Shown here piece by piece: positions 1-11,500 of a stretch of DNA of 64,000 bases. The translations under genes and the position numbers were made by a program. The notes under the pieces were generated by a model. That model was not told the DNA's origin. It saw only the letters and a program-made list of their open reading frames with translations, and ran no database searches. The stretch is from Ophelia neglecta (Eukaryota), in assembly GCA_965285935.1 (NCBI GenBank), contig OZ260663.1, forward strand, positions 63,116,001 through 63,180,000, given 5' to 3'. How positions within the stretch are numbered: the first letter of the stretch is position 1; the number at the start of each line of letters is the position of its first letter.

Positions 1-207
1 AACTCCGCGTTGAAAGCTTCCGATGCTCTCTACGGCGCCCTGCGGCGTGTGAAAATCAGCTGATTATCGCACAACGTCTGTAATCACCGCCGATGTCCTC
101 AAGATTTTGGCCCGCGGAACACGCCGTACGGAAATGTGAATGGGGTATAAGAGGAAACATGATGTCCACAGGGGGCATTAAATATCAGCCGTATAGTAAA
201 GTTTGCG

Positions 208-345
208 TTGTGATACCACCCCCCAAAAACCAGGTGCCTGGCAGGGGAGCTATCAGTACCTATTTTTACGTCTTGGGTTTGACGCGATCGGGATTCGAAC
301 CCCGATCTACCACTTGCGATGCGGGCACCCTTAACCACGCTTTGG
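208..345 (-). mobile_element. 3'-truncated copy of the same SINE (tRNA head)
   Basis: Reverse complement GCAAGTGGTAGATCGGGGTTCGAATCCCGATCGCGTC..GACGTAAAAATAGGTACTGATAGCTCCCCTGCCAGGCACC aligns with about 33285-33425. Confidence 0.85.
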
Positions 346-1218
346 TGTCACTGAGGTAGGATTGAAACCAATCGAGAGCTCATGACCTTATAAAAGCTGC
401 ACACAAAACAAACCAATATTTTCATATTATATAAATGTATTTATTTCATTGACTAGGCCTACTAGTACATTACATATATTTTTTGAAAATAATATCAACA
501 AAGACATATGTACAACCATATTTGAAGCTGGTCAAATATTTTAAAAACAGTCCAAAAATAAAGTTCTGCAAGTAAGACCTTGCTCTGGATAAATTTAAGA
601 TTTATGATCAAGAAAGGGGAAAGAGAAGGAAAATGACAATCTAAGTAGGCCGCTGGAAATGAAATAAGATGTAGACCAAGTAGCAAGTACTCTGTTCTTA
701 TCGCCTCAACACCTGATTTAAGTGTAGTAGTGTAGTGTAGTAACCAGCTGATAAAGGCTGGACCAAAATATAGTATACCGTTCCATATCAGATCAACAAT
801 CTGACTGAAAGCAACCATGTGACCATGGCTCTTTATATTTATAAAATAATATACACTGTTGTGGTACTTTGCATTAACTAATGCACAGTTCATATTTTGA
901 AGCAATTAAATTATGACATAAAGTGGTGGATTTGCTGATTCTTATAAGCATTAATGCCTTGAATTCTATTAATGTATGATAGAATTTTGAAAAAAAAAAA
1001 CTATATGCAAATAAGGTTGGCCCATTGCAGTCACAGGATCTGAAAAAGAAATATGATAAAAATATATTTTCAAGTACGCTGATTAATGTTACGCCCACTT
1101 GTATCTTCCTGAAAGGTAGACCAAATTCACTATTCATAATAATGATTTTAGATCCTTCTTTTAGCTATCCAAACATGAAACCACTCCACTGAGTTCAAAG
1201 TAATACAACGGTTGTACA

Positions 1219-1241
1219 CTACTCCATCTCATACTCTTCCT
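1219..1241 (-). CDS. SNRPA1: SNRPA1 last coding exon
   Basis: TTTTTCCTATTTCAG acceptor, phase 1, EEEYEME-TAG; acidic tail like vertebrate EEEMEE. Confidence 0.8.
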
Positions 1242-4200
1242 CTGAAATAGGAAAAATTGTATATTGATTTACTGACAAATCAAAATACCATTTAATTAAA
1301 GAAAATTTTATTCTATCTACAAATTTAACATTCATGATTTAATTATATGTGTGAAATGCTTTGAACTGAAAATATTACATTCGATTAATAGAACATCAAA
1401 AAAGTTTTGCATAATTCATCTGGAACTATCTTTAGAATTCAGCAGTGGAGCCATCCTTTTACTGCGACTTAACAGATTAACCCAATGGCACTGTTGACCT
1501 GCCTGAGAAAGCTGATTAATACTGATCAAGTAGTCTCTTACAATCTTCTAGATGCACTCTCTGCTGATGACTGACTAACCTCTAATATAATACTGCATAA
1601 ATATTACTAACCTTTCACGATAATTTTACATCATTATAATGTAACTTGGCTCACCTGGTGTATTACCATTGGTGGCAGTAGGACCTGCTCCCGGCACCTG
1701 GCCTGTCTGTAAAAATCGGTTTAATCTCTCCACCTCCTCTAGGGTCTTAGCATTAGCAATTGCAGCCTGAAAATACAATAATACAATAGCAAGGGGTGCA
1801 GTAAGAGTTCCTCAAACAACTGGTGGATAAACACCGCCGTTTATTGTCCTTTAGGCTGTGCTGAATTTATAAAAAGGTTACCCTGGCCTTTTGAGGACAG
1901 GTGGAATGTCTTAAAGTAGGTATGCCCATTGTCAATCATAGGCAATTTTCTTAACAGATTTTCTAGCATATTTTCTTGTCATGCTGAACCATCAGCTTTG
2001 GTGACAACATAAAATAAAATTCACAGCATTCATTTAGGGTTAGTACTAGTTACTAGAACCTTATCTAGGCCCTTGGTGTTACCATGAGCATGTCTGTGAA
2101 CTCAATCCAAAATTATCATAAATTGATTTAGTTTACCTTGATGGCTTCTGCATCTGGTCTTGCTGCTTTTGCCGGTGCCCCAGCAGTTGAAGGTCCAGCT
2201 CTTTTCTCACCTGGGATAGGAGCGCCTGGGGTAAAAGTTTTTGTTCTCTTTCCAATGTCCCGAGCAAACTGTGATCCCTTCTTGCCTTTAAATAACTTGG
2301 CTGCCGCTTCCCTCTCCTGTGCGTGTTAAATCATAATGTATTTGGTTTGGGAGTTTACCTTAGATTTTGGGATATGCTGTGTTTAGTTGAATGGCTTAAG
2401 ATTCTTGCAATACTTATATATAAAGCTGTCTGTATAAATAATGGGAGAACTAACCTTTTGTTTGATTTTTTGGAAGTCCAGCAGTCTCAATTGTGGCAGT
2501 TTGTGAATTACATACAATCTGTAGTGCTTTTTTGTGGTCACTGGGTTTCTTAATAAACTAAGAAAATATCATTACATGAGTATTAAATACAACTAAATCA
2601 ATTTCATTTGTGTATATGCAGTGGCAATCAGCAAACTGATTCGAATTGGCAACATTTCAAAATCTGAGGCAAAAATATTTTATAGTATAACAAGTACAAG
2701 TTGTAAGTAGAGATACCAGCAGCCCCATGTCCAATCAGAGACCTACATAGAACTTTTCATTCCCAGGCCTAACGAATTCATTGACTGATCTAAAATTATT
2801 TATTGTCACTAGACATCTTTTCATCCAAGCAAATTCTTCTACATTCATAACTATAAAAGGGTCTCAATCCTAGATTCTCTGTGAACATTTAAATTCATAC
2901 GGTACTCCCCTTATTCTCCTGAAAGTTGAGGGGCAAATTAAGAACATGCAAAGCCAAATATGATGTTCTTATCAGTTATATTTACCTCTGTAAACTAAAT
3001 AACATACCTCAATACTTCAAGGGACTTCAAAGTTGCCAGATTATCTAAATCACCAAGCTCCTGTACACTATTGTTTGTCAGTAACAATGTCTCAAGGTTT
3101 GAAAGATTTTCTTCTAAATGCTCCCCAATTCTCCTGAAATTTGAATGATTAGAATGTATTGAGAGTGAGCCTCCATAGCCACAAATTTCTCAAAGGTGTG
3201 CAACAATCTCAAATTCTCAACAAAAGCCAACTAGTTGAAACATTAAATCACAATGTCAAAATTTAAACAATGAAAACATATATACTTTAAAAGTATTGTT
3301 TTGAATAATAATAAATTATAATAATAAATTCCAAAATATCTTAGACTCACTGTGTAACACATTCAATTTTCATATCTGCATAATTTTCTACACATGTATG
3401 ATTATCGAGTGCATATCTACGTGAAAATATATTATGATAATAAATTAAATATCTTTGATCTAAGATTCAATTATTGTCTCAGAATGATCACAAATGTCAC
3501 AAATGTTCCAACCATAAAAGTTTAAACAATAAATTAATGTGTGATAATCTTATGACCAATTTATGGGATGAAACAGAATGTACATAAAACCTTTATATGA
3601 GTTACTTACACAATCCTGTTATTATTTAACATTATACATTTCAGTCTTCTTAATAGGGGAAAGCCATCCACTTTACGAATTTCATTGTCTGACAAATCAA
3701 TAGTATCAAACTGGTCAAGTGTTGCACCCATATTCTCAATCACTGGTATTTTGTAGCCTGTAAAAAAATACATATTTCATAATTTTCGTCTAAATATTTT
3801 TTCTTTATCTTGGTCAAATCAATTGTTCAGGAATCAATTTACTATTTGATACCTTATTCTGTACAGTGTCTTTTTATGACAATAGGTGTCAGGGCTTTTT
3901 TTTTTGTTAATAAACTGACACCGTTCACGGGCGTCTTCCTCTCCCAAACTAAGCTTAATTTTTCCCCAGCTCTGAAGAAAAAAATCCCCTCCAGAGAAAA
4001 ATGCTCTTTAAAAGGTGTTTGAAATTTTAAGTTATTTTGAATTTTTCTGTAATATTCCCCTTTTGTAATATTCTATGCGTCAATTTTCCCCTGCTGATGG
4101 GCTATGGGCCCCTTCCCTCTCCTTTGAAAAAAAGCCCTGGGTGTAGTGATTGATTATGAAGATCTTGACTCCGGAGGTTTAAACTAATATGACTTTACAG

Positions 4201-5524
4201 AGATTTTGTTACAAATTGAGATCAATGAGTCCTAGGACTCACTGAATTTATTGCAATGAGTCCTGGGAAAATTTAATGAGTCCCAGGTCACATTAATGAG
4301 TTCCATCAGAGTACTTATTCGTATTTTTAACACACGCAATCAATTTTTTCTTCGGAGGCATCTTTGCTGCAGTGGCTGGTGACGGCTAGCAACTGAAACG
4401 CTCCTCTATTTTCGCCCACTGCTGCTGGCCGCTCATTGGTTACGAAGTGTAGCGATCACCGTTCGTTACTTTCCGTGGGTCTCGGCCGGTATGGATGGAA
4501 AACTCCGTCATAACTTTACCTGCTTACGCATTACGGACAGGATCGTATTCAATCACCCGTACACGACGGACGCAAAGCTGGGTTTTAGAGTGCGCCGTAT
4601 GGGACGCACTGCAAGAAGTTTCATGCGTTATTTCATAATTTTATGCGCCAATAACGCAGAACGCAGAGGTAACAAAATCTCTGCTTTATTTAGTCGAAAA
4701 AAAAGATCCTCTTGGGACAAGTTCACTGCGTACAGGTGTACCTGCCTACAGGTGTACCATGGCAAAGTTGCCCAGGAATTAGATATGAATTAAACCTGCA
4801 AGGGGCCTCAAATTTGCTTGCGTCCTCAGATTTGAAAGCGTCTTTTTTTTTGGGAGCTTCTGCGACCTGTTTATATGCGAAAGAGTTCATGCAAGGCTGC
4901 AAATGAGTAGTAGTCACCAACTTAATTGCTTGCTTGACCACTCGACCGTGACCCCAGGGCTCTTTCTTTCTATTATGCTGCCAATCCTCAATATGAGGGC
5001 TCCTGGCATAATGGTGGGGGAGAGTTAGGGGTATTTCCGATCATCGGGATTGGCCTTTTTAATTATTCTTGTAATGGGAATTTAAGGCTTAATTTCTTGT
5101 GAATAGGGATTCGACAATTGTGCTTGATTCGGGATCAATGATATGAATTTACTGGGACCTGGGAATGTTCTGTTTCATTTCCTGTGACAGGGCATCACTA
5201 TTATATTTTATCGGGAAGCGGGAAATACTTTATCATGGCATGAAAGTGCCGACTTAAATCATCAATGATGTGTCCATTTTAAACTGGAAACTGGGACCCA
5301 TACATGTAACCTCCACTCAATGCAATGGCGGTGAGCGCGGAACTATCGATTTATCTATTAAAACTAGATTTTAGACCGAATATTTTACACATCGAATAAA
5401 CATTTTTGCAAACACCTTATCAAGGAGGTAACTTAGCCTCACCTCTCAGGTCCAATTCTCGGTCCCGAACCGGATTGGTGTACTGAGCAGACTGCTCTAT
5501 CAAATCAGGTGTCAATTTCACCAT
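1219..5524 (-). CDS. SNRPA1: U2 snRNP protein A' (U2A'), complete 7-exon gene, 257 aa
   Basis: Exons 5443-5524, 3610-3757, 3008-3133, 2455-2557, 2137-2316, 1655-1766 and 1219-1241 all have GT-AG boundaries with compatible phases (774 nt). They translate to MVKLTPDLIEQSAQYTNPVRDRELDLRGYKIPVIENMGATLDQFDTIDLSDNEIRKVDGFPLLRRLK...NPVTTKKHYRLYVIHKLPQLRLLDFQKIK...AAIANAKTLEEVERL...EEEYEME*, the recognisable U2A' LRR/LRRcap sequence. Confidence 0.97.
1655..1766 (-). CDS. SNRPA1: SNRPA1 exon 6
   Basis: AAIANAKTLEEVERLNRFLQTGQVPGAGPTATNGNTP; G|GTGAGC donor. Confidence 0.93.
2137..2316 (-). CDS. SNRPA1: SNRPA1 exon 5
   Basis: EREAAAKLFKGKKGSQFARDIGKRTKTFTPGAP...DAEAIK; GTAAAC donor. Confidence 0.93.
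2455..2557 (-). CDS. SNRPA1: SNRPA1 exon 4
   Basis: LLRNPVTTKKHYRLYVIHKLPQLRLLDFQKIKQK (LRRcap); GTTAGT donor. Confidence 0.95.
3008..3133 (-). CDS. SNRPA1: SNRPA1 exon 3
   Basis: TTTCAG acceptor; RIGEHLEENLSNLETLLLTNNSVQELGDLDNLATLKSLEVL; GTATGT donor. Confidence 0.95.
3610..3757 (-). CDS. SNRPA1: SNRPA1 exon 2
   Basis: TTTTTTACAG acceptor; YKIPVIENMGATLDQFDTIDLSDNEIRKVDGFPLLRRLKCIMLNNNRI; GTAAGT donor. Confidence 0.95.
3890..4139. mobile_element. MITE, hAT-like CAGGG termini
   Basis: TIRs CAGGGCTTTTTTT / AAAAAAAGCCCTG; flanking duplication GGTGT. Confidence 0.75.
5443..5524 (-). CDS. SNRPA1: SNRPA1 coding exon 1
   Basis: ATG at 5524; MVKLTPDLIEQSAQYTNPVRDRELDLR(G); donor G|GTGAGG. Confidence 0.95.
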
Positions 5525-5830
5525 TCTGAACGTCTTTATTCCCGATTAGGCTTTTACAATGCCAAAAGTCACGCGCAGGTCAATTTGTTGAGACCCAATG
5601 CTATGCTCTTTTAAACTCTTACACAGTAAACCTTAAATTTGACTTAACAATACAATAAATTAACCCATTATATCAAGGAAAACGTAGCGTAACCGTCCTT
5701 ATGCTTCCACCGGAAAACGTGTTTAGCCGGGTTGCGCAAAAGTGTGCGCACAAGAAACTTTCGGAACATAAGTTTACTAAACATACGCTAGAGGTCATTA
5801 CCGGGTGGAAAGTTCCAGATGTGGCGCCAA
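5525..5830 (-). promoter_or_regulatory. Probable SNRPA1 5' UTR/promoter (CpG-rich)
   Basis: CpG-rich stretch immediately upstream of the ATG with ETS-like CGGAA cores; boundaries approximate. Confidence 0.4.
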
Positions 5831-6563
5831 ATCAAGACTTACGTTTACACGTTAGTATCGTTTAATTAACGTTATCCATCATCTATTAACTACATCCACG
5901 GGTCTAATTATCCAGATAGTCTGTTAGTACATTCCAAACTGCTAAATCTGCCCTACTTACCATCCCTTTTTGCCTATGGGAGTGTTAAGTGCAGTAATTT
6001 TTTATGTTGAAAATACATTATCAGATTATATGTCCTCAGGACTCATTCTCTGCCGGATGCTTATTTTGAAATGTTAAGTATTTTGCATAAGTGACCTTAT
6101 TGGCATATTACCGTAAATTCCCTAATTAAAGACTCATCTTTATCTGTTTATAGTTGTCGCACCCCATTTTCAATCATATTTATTGATTTTATTTTTCATA
6201 CCTAACTTGTAAGAAGCATAAGTTGCATTGATAAAAGTATTAACAAAAGCCATACATGTGTTGGAATACAAAGTGAACAAACCCACAAACATTAAAAAAC
6301 GGGGGTAACAGAAGTTTTTTGAAGACTGGCGTACCCAGGTATCGCCCCATGTACCTAACCCGAATACAAGCATCACAGTCCAGGGTCCACTGACAAAAAT
6401 GCCTGTCCAAGGCATCAATCCTTCGTTGTTTGCTCTAGGCTGCGATCGTTGAAATCGTAATTCTTGAAACTAAATCAATACACACATGCATATAAGCTTG
6501 AAGGGTTCCAGTGCTTTGACATGATGGGATGTTATAATTTGCCTCACACCTCTGCGTCGAAAT

Positions 6564-6648
6564 CACAGGTGCTAGTGTCAATGCTACCGACTGTGTATAA
6601 GAGCGACGCTCTTATACACAGTCGGTAGCATTGACACTAGCACCTGTG
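6564..6648. mobile_element. 85-bp perfect palindromic MITE with 8-bp TSD
   Basis: 42-bp perfect arms around a single A; GTCGAAAT at 6556-6563 and 6649-6656. Confidence 0.9.
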
Positions 6649-6817
6649 GTCGAAATAGCAATCTACAATTCGGTTTCCACATAAGATGAATCGCCAGGCA
6701 GGTGATTAGTATGCCATATAGATACTTGCGTTTGGTGTCTAGACCCAAGGTTTATGTTTTTAAGAATTATATACTCTCAGATGGGTATTTGCATTTATTA
6801 GGCATTTTGCATAAATT

Positions 6818-7292
6818 AGTCCAAATGAAATTGATTATGTGTTTCTGGTCACCCTACCGACCCTCGAAATGGCTAAAATGAAAATTTTATTTTATTCTAT
6901 CATACTGAATTTCATGGCATGCAATTCACTACCAGAAACTCCGCAAAATAACAAAAATAGTATTTATAGTATTTTAGATGGAGTGAATCGTCAGCTTTGT
7001 TCATCAGAAATAAACAACGTATACATTGTTTATTATAGTCATCATGGTTACTGTATTTTTAATGACTTTGCAAGAAATAAAATGAGATTTTACCAAATTA
7101 ATACTGTACTTTGAAATGACAGAAAAGAGTATGGGCAAGTAGAATATTCTTGGGGCAGGTAGAAATTTTGTTCACCTGCCCTACTGGGGCAAAAAAAAAA
7201 AATCAAAAATTAAATTAAATAATTTTCCTACTACCCTACCCTGATTTGTTTAGGCCCGTTAATGGAAACCCTTAATCAATTTTGTTTGGCCT
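6818..7292. mobile_element. Non-autonomous DNA transposon nested in an older repeat
   Basis: Imperfect ~28-bp TIRs AGTCCAAATGAAATTGATTATGTGTTTC / GAAACCCTTAATCAATTTTGTTTGGCCT; AATT on both flanks; internal CCCTACC motifs. Confidence 0.7.
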
Positions 7293-7929
7293 AATTAGAA
7301 TTTTAATTAGCCAAAATCACTTAGGCAAAAATATCTGCTTGAGTAATCGAGATATGTATTCCCATTTGGGGTCTAGGCTTTGGTCCTTAGAAATCTAAAG
7401 CCGTCAGATCTTCGATGCATACCAGGCTATATTTATCATTTTGAATAATTCACCTATTTAGTATATCAAAACACTAAACCAGGACCATTTTTCATAATAA
7501 GCCATTTACAGTATAGAGAATTCATTTTGGTGTCTACACCTATGTTTTAGATCCTAAGGAAATGACCTTGCATGGCTTCTATCATACTTATGACCACCTG
7601 ATATCCAATATGGCCACTGTGATTACTGGTGTAAACTGTAAAATTGACATAACTCAGAAAATGTTGAAAGTGATCTCTGTTGTTCTGACACATGTTTTTA
7701 ACCTAAAGGACTCCATGAAGAAAGGTTTTTAATGTGATTTATACCAGACAAGTGATTTTTAGTAACGAAGTGATGACCAGGTGTTATGACAATACATTTG
7801 GATATATTTCTAAAATGTTAAGAACCCTCCTCCTTCCTCTACATTTTCATGGTCACGATCATCTTCGGTCACCAGATCCTCTTGCCGTGCCCCTGCTCTT
7901 TTCATTCTCCTTTTGTGTCAATGGGTTCA

Positions 7930-8500
7930 TGAAAATTAGGATCTGACAGCACTGTTCCTAAGGTCCTTAACCACAGGTTTAGATACCAAATGAAAGTATC
8001 TATAATGTTTTAATACCAATTAAAGCAGATGTTCCTACTTTAGTGATTTAAGCTAATTAATATGCTAACTATGCAATTTATGCTAATGCTTCATTATGCA
8101 AATTAGCATCTGACAGCATTAGATTCCTCAGGACACAAATTTTGAGTTGTGATACCAAGAAGTCTCTATATTGCTTATTATAGCTGATACTTCTAATTTG
8201 GCGATTTTAGCTAACTAATATGCTAATTAGGTGAAATATGCTAAATGCCGAGTACATGCAAATTAGCATCTGATAGTTTTGATTCCTTAGGACCTTAATG
8301 TTGGATTTAGACCCCAAAAGGACATTTCAATGTGGCTTACTAAGGAAGGTATTCCTGATTCAGTGATTTAACCCATTAATAAGTTAATTAGGACAATTAT
8401 GCAAAATGCTCACCATATGAAAATTAGCATTCAGCAGTATTGGATTCCTGAGAACATATATATTGCATTTCAACCATAAAACCTCACTGCAATCAACATT
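7930..8500 (+). repeat. Diverged ~160-bp tandem repeat (about 3.5 copies)
   Basis: AAATTAG(C/G)ATCTGA-like anchor recurs at about 7933, 8100, 8260 and 8421; related units occur inverted at about 6700-7560. Confidence 0.7.
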
Positions 8501-11500
8501 TATGGGTTGACCAAATTGGCTAGTAGTCCAACACAATATTATATATTTTTAAAAATTGACAGGTGCACTACCCTACTTTTGCACTACACTACTGGTCGGA
8601 TAATACTTTCTCACTATACTACTAACTTCTCTATTTATTCCCTCTTTGATGATGGATATGAAAAAGGAAGTTTACTACTTTCAAATGGCCATTGAAACTG
8701 CATACTAAGGTTGAAATGGGGAAATGCATATTTAAATATTTCACCTTGAATAGGCCAACTGTGAATCGTTATTTAAATATGAAATAAGGTCAATTTCATT
8801 GTGAACTTCTGAACATCTAGTTTAGACAACAAAGATATGAGTTTAATGTGACATCGAATGTCGTTGTTCACTCAGGTTATCACTGTCATTTCAACGTTGT
8901 CAATTAAAGTGTTCAGTATCTATTTAACATATAATAAACTTGTACTATATTCTAAATTTCATATTGCACATTCCATGTTTAAATTCAACAGTTGCCAAAG
9001 AAAGATTTATAATGTCGATTTAATATGGCTCATTAAATTAATCTTATTGCATATTCCCGTCATTCTCATCGATGCACAAATTTACAAGGCTGGGTGTGCA
9101 TGTCTAGAGAATGGCTGCCCAAACGTACCTGAGGCTGTGCAAACTAATACCCAAATGAATTTCTCATTTTAATAGCTTATTTCGATATTGTTCATGCAGC
9201 AAAAATATTTAGTTCTTGTTGTTCCATATGATAATAATTTCAATAAGTGATCTACAGATAAAAAAAAGTTAAAAAAAACCCATACACTTAAATAGCAGAG
9301 AAAGCATTTTAGTTTGTGCAAGCAGTGCACAAAATTTCACACCTAGTGGCCAAAGACTTAATGCAAAATATCTATAAACGGTTATTACCATCAGAATACA
9401 ATATAGTCAAGGACAGTGGGCACAAACTAATAGTACCATTCCCAACGCCCCACCCCAAAAGAAAAAAATAATTTATGCATATTCAAAAATGATAGAGAAA
9501 CAAGAAATGTAATTATAATAAAGGTTGACTACAGTAAGTTGTCTTAAACACTGATATAAAGTAGACAAGCATTAATAAATAAAAGTAAAACCAGGCATGA
9601 TGCCGCACACCAAGTCATTCGCATTTACTCCCCCCCCCCCTGTGTATGTAGAATTGGGGTAGACAGGGAACCACCAGCATGATCATTAGGCCTATATTAG
9701 TCCATTTTGTGACCCCCTCTGAAGACAAATATATTTTGTCACCAGTGGATAGCTGAGAACTTGTGCTTTATGTATCCAAGTATTTTCTCCCTGCTTGGTT
9801 GTCCAGTGCCATGGTGACAGCTTTTAGACAAAGGAAAGGGAATTTGCCAGAAAAAAGGTTATGAAACCCCCAAGCAACATGTGTGTGTAATGAAAAAAGC
9901 TTAAAAACACCAGTGCACACCCCACCTGGTGCCAAACAATTTCGATTTGTTCTGGTTTGTCATGGCTAAGGAAATTTTGAACTCCACTGTGGGACCATTC
10001 TGTCATTCCTATTATCACATTCACTGCTGCCTCTCGGTAAGGAAAGGCAGTTTGGATAAGATATCTCACCAACCCCAGTGAATGATTTAAAATGCTCATG
10101 GCTAAATATATATTATTGAAATGAATATATGTATATATTTCGCAGGCACTAGTTAAAAGATGTATTGATTAAGTTAAAAGAAATTGGGGCTGATATCTTT
10201 TAAGTAAAGAAAATCATGGACATGCAAACCTCATTACCTCTGTCTCAATTTTGAGGTCACTTTATTTACCTCTGAATTTTAATTGAAAAGTAGAACATTA
10301 TTTTTTGATAAATTCAGTATTCTGGTTTCTTTTTTGTAGGTGAGCAGGCTTTTTATCTCAAATATAACCTCAAGTAATGGGAAAAACCTTCTGTTTAACC
10401 TGAAATACTTCCATGCCAGCTAGATCTTTCAATCTCAGTGCTTAAACTGTGACCCAGGGGCTTCACTTATGCACTATTATTAACTCTATAAGTCAAAACC
10501 AAGGTGAATAAACCTCCATATCATGGGGTTAGGTTTTTGCTGAGTTCCAATGAAGCTATTCTGTGTATGATGCTGGCAGCTTTATGCACACAATCAGTAA
10601 AAGGTCATGTGTATGTGAACACTGAAGTGTTGATTGGGGCTGATGTTTGACCACCCCCTTCCATGCTCACCAATAAGCAAATATGTAAATGTCAGTTGCT
10701 GCAATTAAGCATGAGGAAGTCCATCAACCATCAGTCAGCCAAATAGTAAAAGAACATGTATGTGGGCGTATCTGAATTGAAACCAGCTAAGCAGCTGTGG
10801 AATTCAGAAACTGGTTTAGTATCATGGCCAACCAGCTTCAAAATAGTAATTTTGTCTCTATCTGGTATCTAAATTTGATCATATGAAATGATACAAATAA
10901 AGTCTATAATGTGAGATTGATTTGTCTTTGACGACAATGGTCAGCTGACTTCAGATGCATATTACAATGCATAATTATTAGTTAGGTTTTTTTTACATTT
11001 TGTGACTGACTGTGCGTACTAGTACTGGGGTAAGGCCCATATTATATTGAAGAACACAGCTCTGAGATAGAATACATTATAAAGTACTTTATTGTTCAAA
11101 ATAGGATTAAGGATTAAATCAGTATTGTGTTTAATGTTTTAATTCCTCTGCCCCTGATTATCCAAAAACTACCTGTAGTGTCTCATAGTTATTCTAACAG
11201 AAGCAGCTAGCAGTCAGTGTTATCTTGCCAAGAACTTATTAATGCAAACAGTGAGTGGTTAAATGAGCGGTTTAAGTCCTAAATAATGAAATGAGCTTCT
11301 TGCTATTTTAAATGAGACATTTTGTAGTGTTTTGTAGTAAAAGTGTTTTTAAGTTTTTAGGGTTTTATTAGACAGGCTTAAATTTATAATGTGTCATCTC
11401 TTTCTTTATTTTTACTGGGACGCTCTCCAATTATACTTTAAAATGTGCTGTGCTGCTCTCCAATTATACTGATAGCTTTTTTAAAGAATTTATTCTTCAA

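Noticed and set aside
1-150. CpG-rich block ending TGTGAATGGGGTATAA as a Harbinger-like transposon end
   Set aside because: Only one end lies in the window, so TIR and TSD cannot be confirmed.
4220-6050. AATGAGTCC repeats at 4224-4300 and inverted GGACTCATT at about 6039, as a transposon enclosing SNRPA1 exon 1
   Set aside because: No matching TIRs or TSD could be found; these are more likely independent repeat fragments.
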